A stretch of DNA of 25,142 nucleotides from Catajapyx aquilonaris (lineage: Eukaryota): contig KZ538176.1 of assembly GCA_000934665.2 (NCBI GenBank), forward strand, positions 248,001 through 273,142, in the 5' to 3' direction. The position numbers and the translations under genes are program-made. Below, one piece after another: positions 21,655-25,142 of the stretch. Each line of letters starts with the position of its first letter. Position 1 is the first letter of the stretch. Under the pieces are notes generated by a model, which did no database searches, was not told the DNA's origin, and saw nothing but the letters and a program-made list of their open reading frames with translations.

Positions 21655-24600
21655 GTGAGCCATGCACACCGGATGGACACGCTTTTCTTTCAGTGAGGGA
21701 GTTGGGAAGAGCCCAGGGGCGGACCACGGGCCATATGCCGGCATTTTGGAGGCGGGGGGTGGGCATGGAATTGGGGGCAGGAAGTGGGTGGGTGGGTGGG
21801 AAGCCGGTAGAGAGAAGCGGGGTGGGAAGAAATGGCGTTGGATTTTTGGTGCAAGGGGGAAAAGAAACCAGAAAAAAAAAAATGTCCAGGTTGAATGATC
21901 CTGCAGTGTCATCATTGGAGGCTGGTTACATGGTCATGCCTTCATGTGTCTGCTCTGGATTTTTATGGGCTGAGCAGGAAATGGTACCGCTGCACACCAA
22001 ATAGGAGGATAGGGAGGGATGGCAGAGAGAGGGTTCATGGGAGGGGAAAATGCAGTCTAGTTGAGTGACCACTAATTTGGCCTGACTTTGTTGCATAATC
22101 TATGCTTATATCACCAGGGAGCTATTTTATGGAGGGGGTATGGGCCTTATCTTATGATGGATCGCGGGTTGTGTGGCAATAATATGTACGTGTTAGATGT
22201 TCAAGTGCATCTAAGTGTGTGTACAAACCTAGTGTCAGCACTCAGCATGGCATGTTTCATTGAAGCAGGTGTAATAGTAATGTGGCCTTGTAAAACTCAT
22301 ATGAAAGCAACCTTATAAAACTGAAATGTAGGCTATCATGATCAACAAGTCCCCCTTTTTTTCTGTGGGTGAAGTGATACTTCAGAAAATTAATTGGTCA
22401 GTCAGCTAGTGAAGGGTGATAGGCCAGGAAATAATGATGCTGAGTCAGCTGAGGAAGGGCAGGCAAATCTGTGCTTTCCGACTGAGCAAAGGTATTCTAT
22501 TCCTGACGCTGTTAGGAATGTTGTTACAATGTACTTTACAAATTGCAGGAAACTGCATGGCAAAAATGGGACTAAATTTACAATGAGTTTCCATCGTCTG
22601 ATACAGTTAGCCTTGTATAACTGCAGTCCAAAACATTGTGTCACGGGTCTAAGCACATTGTCTGGGCATATTGAACTGATGCCATCAGCTCTGCAAGAGT
22701 CTGCAAACATTGCAAGTGATTCAGACCAACCCACCCACTCTCCTACCACAGGCAGCCAGGAGATCTTATGCAAAACATCCCTGTGTAGCTCCCCTTCCAG
22801 GCAACACACCACAAAACAGAAAGCCAGGAATAGATTAGGTATACTCCCTTGCATGGAGCCCATTGATACTGGCAAGCTTCCCAGCACTTTGGGTTGTGTC
22901 CCAGGGATTGGAAATGCCCCAAAAAAGACTTCTGAAGCAAGCATTGATTAGTATTAATGAGTCGCTCATGGTGCATGGACCCTGGATACAATTAGCTCCG
23001 GATAGCCTGTTGATATTTGGCAGTTGGTGAGTTCCATGTGTGTGTGGAAAATCTTAGGAATCTGAGGACCATATTGTGCAATGTGGCAAGTCAGATCCAC
23101 ATGGGCACCTAACAGCCGCCACATGTAAATGCACATGTAAACATGGGATGGATTACACCTGTATTTGCAGTTGTTCTGCCAGCCTGCAAGTGTCTGACCA
23201 GCAGTCAGCAAATCTGGCCAAGCTTGTCAGTCATAAAACCTAGTTATAATTCAAGCCAGAGTGGGAGTCCGTGGCATGTGTAGGACATAACTTGACTATC
23301 CACATGTGCACCGCTCTGTGCGGATTTCCTGCAACAAGTAGGATATTGATTGATTGCTATATGTCAACGGAGCCACTTGCATATTCATTTTCCCCAGCAG
23401 TGCTTACGCGCACTTGTGGTACAGCCTGCAAGCATTAGCTTAGAATGGAAAAAAATGCAAAAGTGGTTGATAAGAGGCATGTGGCATTCGCAGCTGTAAA
23501 ATTGGCGTCACGTGGCACAAATGTGACCCTCACACTGGTCGGAAAAAGGGACTGGGTCGCCCTCCTTTCCCCCTTTTGCAATTACATATACCCCCACACG
23601 TAGCCATATTTTCCACAACGGCCATGCATGTACCCGGAGTTGGCCCAGGAGGGGTTAACGGCCCCCTTCAAAAACACGTTTCTGATATCTGGTTTTTGTT
23701 GGAAGGAGAAGGGGAGGGGGAGTAGTCCGGTCCAGGCTTCGATCCCCGGCCACGTTGTCCCCATGGTTCGACCACGTGAGCCACGCTCCAGGGTCTGGCC
23801 TCTTTCTGGTTGGATTGGGTCCAGAAATGAATGGCAAGGATGACAGCCAGCACCCAAGGTTTTCTTCTGCCCTTGCTAACACCACCCAGCCCTTAGGGGG
23901 TTTATTGGTCAAAAATTGGTGCCCTTGTGGTGGTGAAAGGAGAGTACCTAGGGTGTGGTCTCGGCACACTTGATACTAGTTCTTTCAGAGGATGATCATA
24001 CGCACTTCCGTATGTGACAAAAATGTGCAATGAGTGATGTGGTGATTGGGGGTCATCCTGAGGAGGTGCCGTAATGACAACCACGCCCAACATGGCTTTA
24101 GATGCAATCACAGAGCCGGTTTCTTCGAGTACAAAACTGGTCTGGAGCATGGGTGCACAGAAGACAGTTTTCACAATCGGTTTCGCGGCCTTGTTGCCAC
24201 AGTCTACTTGGCAGCAGGTACCACGAATTTCGATTCGGTTCGTGGTGAGGGATCCACGCGTCGAAATTTTGCGGCAGATGCAAGTTTTTTTGTTTTTTGT
24301 TTTTTTTTGAAAAATAAAAATAAAAGCACTTTCCACTCTCTAAACTAATGAGGGCTTGGAGGTCATAAGCAATGGCCCTAGGGACTGGACCAGAGCTTGG
24401 AGGAAGAAAAAAAAAAGTGAAATCTGCACAATTGTCGCGGTAGTAAACTTTTGAGTTAACCACGCGTATCAATCCGGACTGTGTTGCCTTTTTTTTTCAC
24501 TGCTTCACTGGCCTGCAACCGAAGCTTGTTGCAGGTTGTTGGAAGGAAGGAAAAGGACCACAATCTGAATAATTTGGAAGGAAACTGCTTTTTCTAGAGA

Positions 24601-25142
24601 GGGCTGGGGCATTCAAGGGGAACATGCAGGCTGACCATTTTTTGTTTGGAACAAGTCAGCTATGAGCAGTTTAAAAAGTAGATGTTATTTTTAAAATGAT
24701 TTCGACATTGGTGCAGGGGCATTCAGTGCCCCGAATCCGCTGCAAAAATTAAACGCGGCTGAAAAAAAAACGCGGCGTTTTTTTCCATCGTGTCGAAGAA
24801 AATGTTTCAGTTTTTTGGCATGGTGTCAACGTGTTGTTTTTATCGCGTAACTGATAGCTTGTGACATCATTAATCGATGAGCATGTGTTTCTTAATATAT
24901 TGCTAGTCATGTAATAGACGGGCAATTAGCATAGGCGATTTCCAGCTATCGGGAGGGGGTGGCCGTTTCCTGCAACCCCTTCGGATTGACCTTGCCAACT
25001 TTGGGTCCTTGGGAAGTGACCCTCGGAGAACGCATAACTTTGCCCTTTTTTTTCTTGGGGCTGGGAATTTCCTTCCATAATATACCTCACTGCTAATGGA
25101 GAGTTGAGCGCCACCGTAAGCCGGTGCCTTAATTCATCTGGC

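Noticed and set aside
22394..22951. Overlapping 185-aa (+) and 180-aa (-) ORFs
   Set aside because: No recognisable domain and no convincing splice context; cannot be supported as coding without a homology search.
23735..23775. B-box-like GGCTTCGATCCCCGG / GGTTCGACC
   Set aside because: No matching A box, cloverleaf or TSD; too weak to call a tRNA or SINE.
1..25142. Prokaryotic-type systems (CRISPR array, operons, defence islands)
   Set aside because: The sequence is spliceosomal eukaryotic DNA; no regularly spaced repeat-spacer array seen.

Overview
Eukaryotic, intron-rich animal DNA, most likely arthropod/insect (inferred from short 55-75 nt introns, a TCAGTT initiator and the SINE/MITE types). 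Three spliced genes were rebuilt by hand with consistent splice phases. (1) The 3' part of a GPR143/OA1-like GPCR (+, <1..1803). (2) A complete AKAP10/D-AKAP2 orthologue (-, 10355..3231, 10 exons, 537 aa), convergent with GPR143. (3) A complete FET-family RNA-binding protein gene (cabeza/FUS/EWSR1/TAF15-like; +, 10940..20314, 10 exons, 448 aa), divergent from AKAP10 across a ~0.6 kb shared promoter. Introns hold a tRNA-headed SINE with a 13-bp TSD, a fold-back TA-MITE, and a Harbinger-like element inserted into the end of a Tigger-like MITE. The most interesting signals are in the FET gene: a 29-nt frameshifting micro-exon between two long introns that mirrors human FUS exon 7 (NMD autoregulation), a candidate poison exon, a spliced altFUS-like +1-frame ORF of 122 aa, and an obligatory GC-AG intron inside the RRM. 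The last ~4 kb probably holds a promoter/first exon of another gene but cannot be assigned. No database searches were run; all family calls come from motif recognition.
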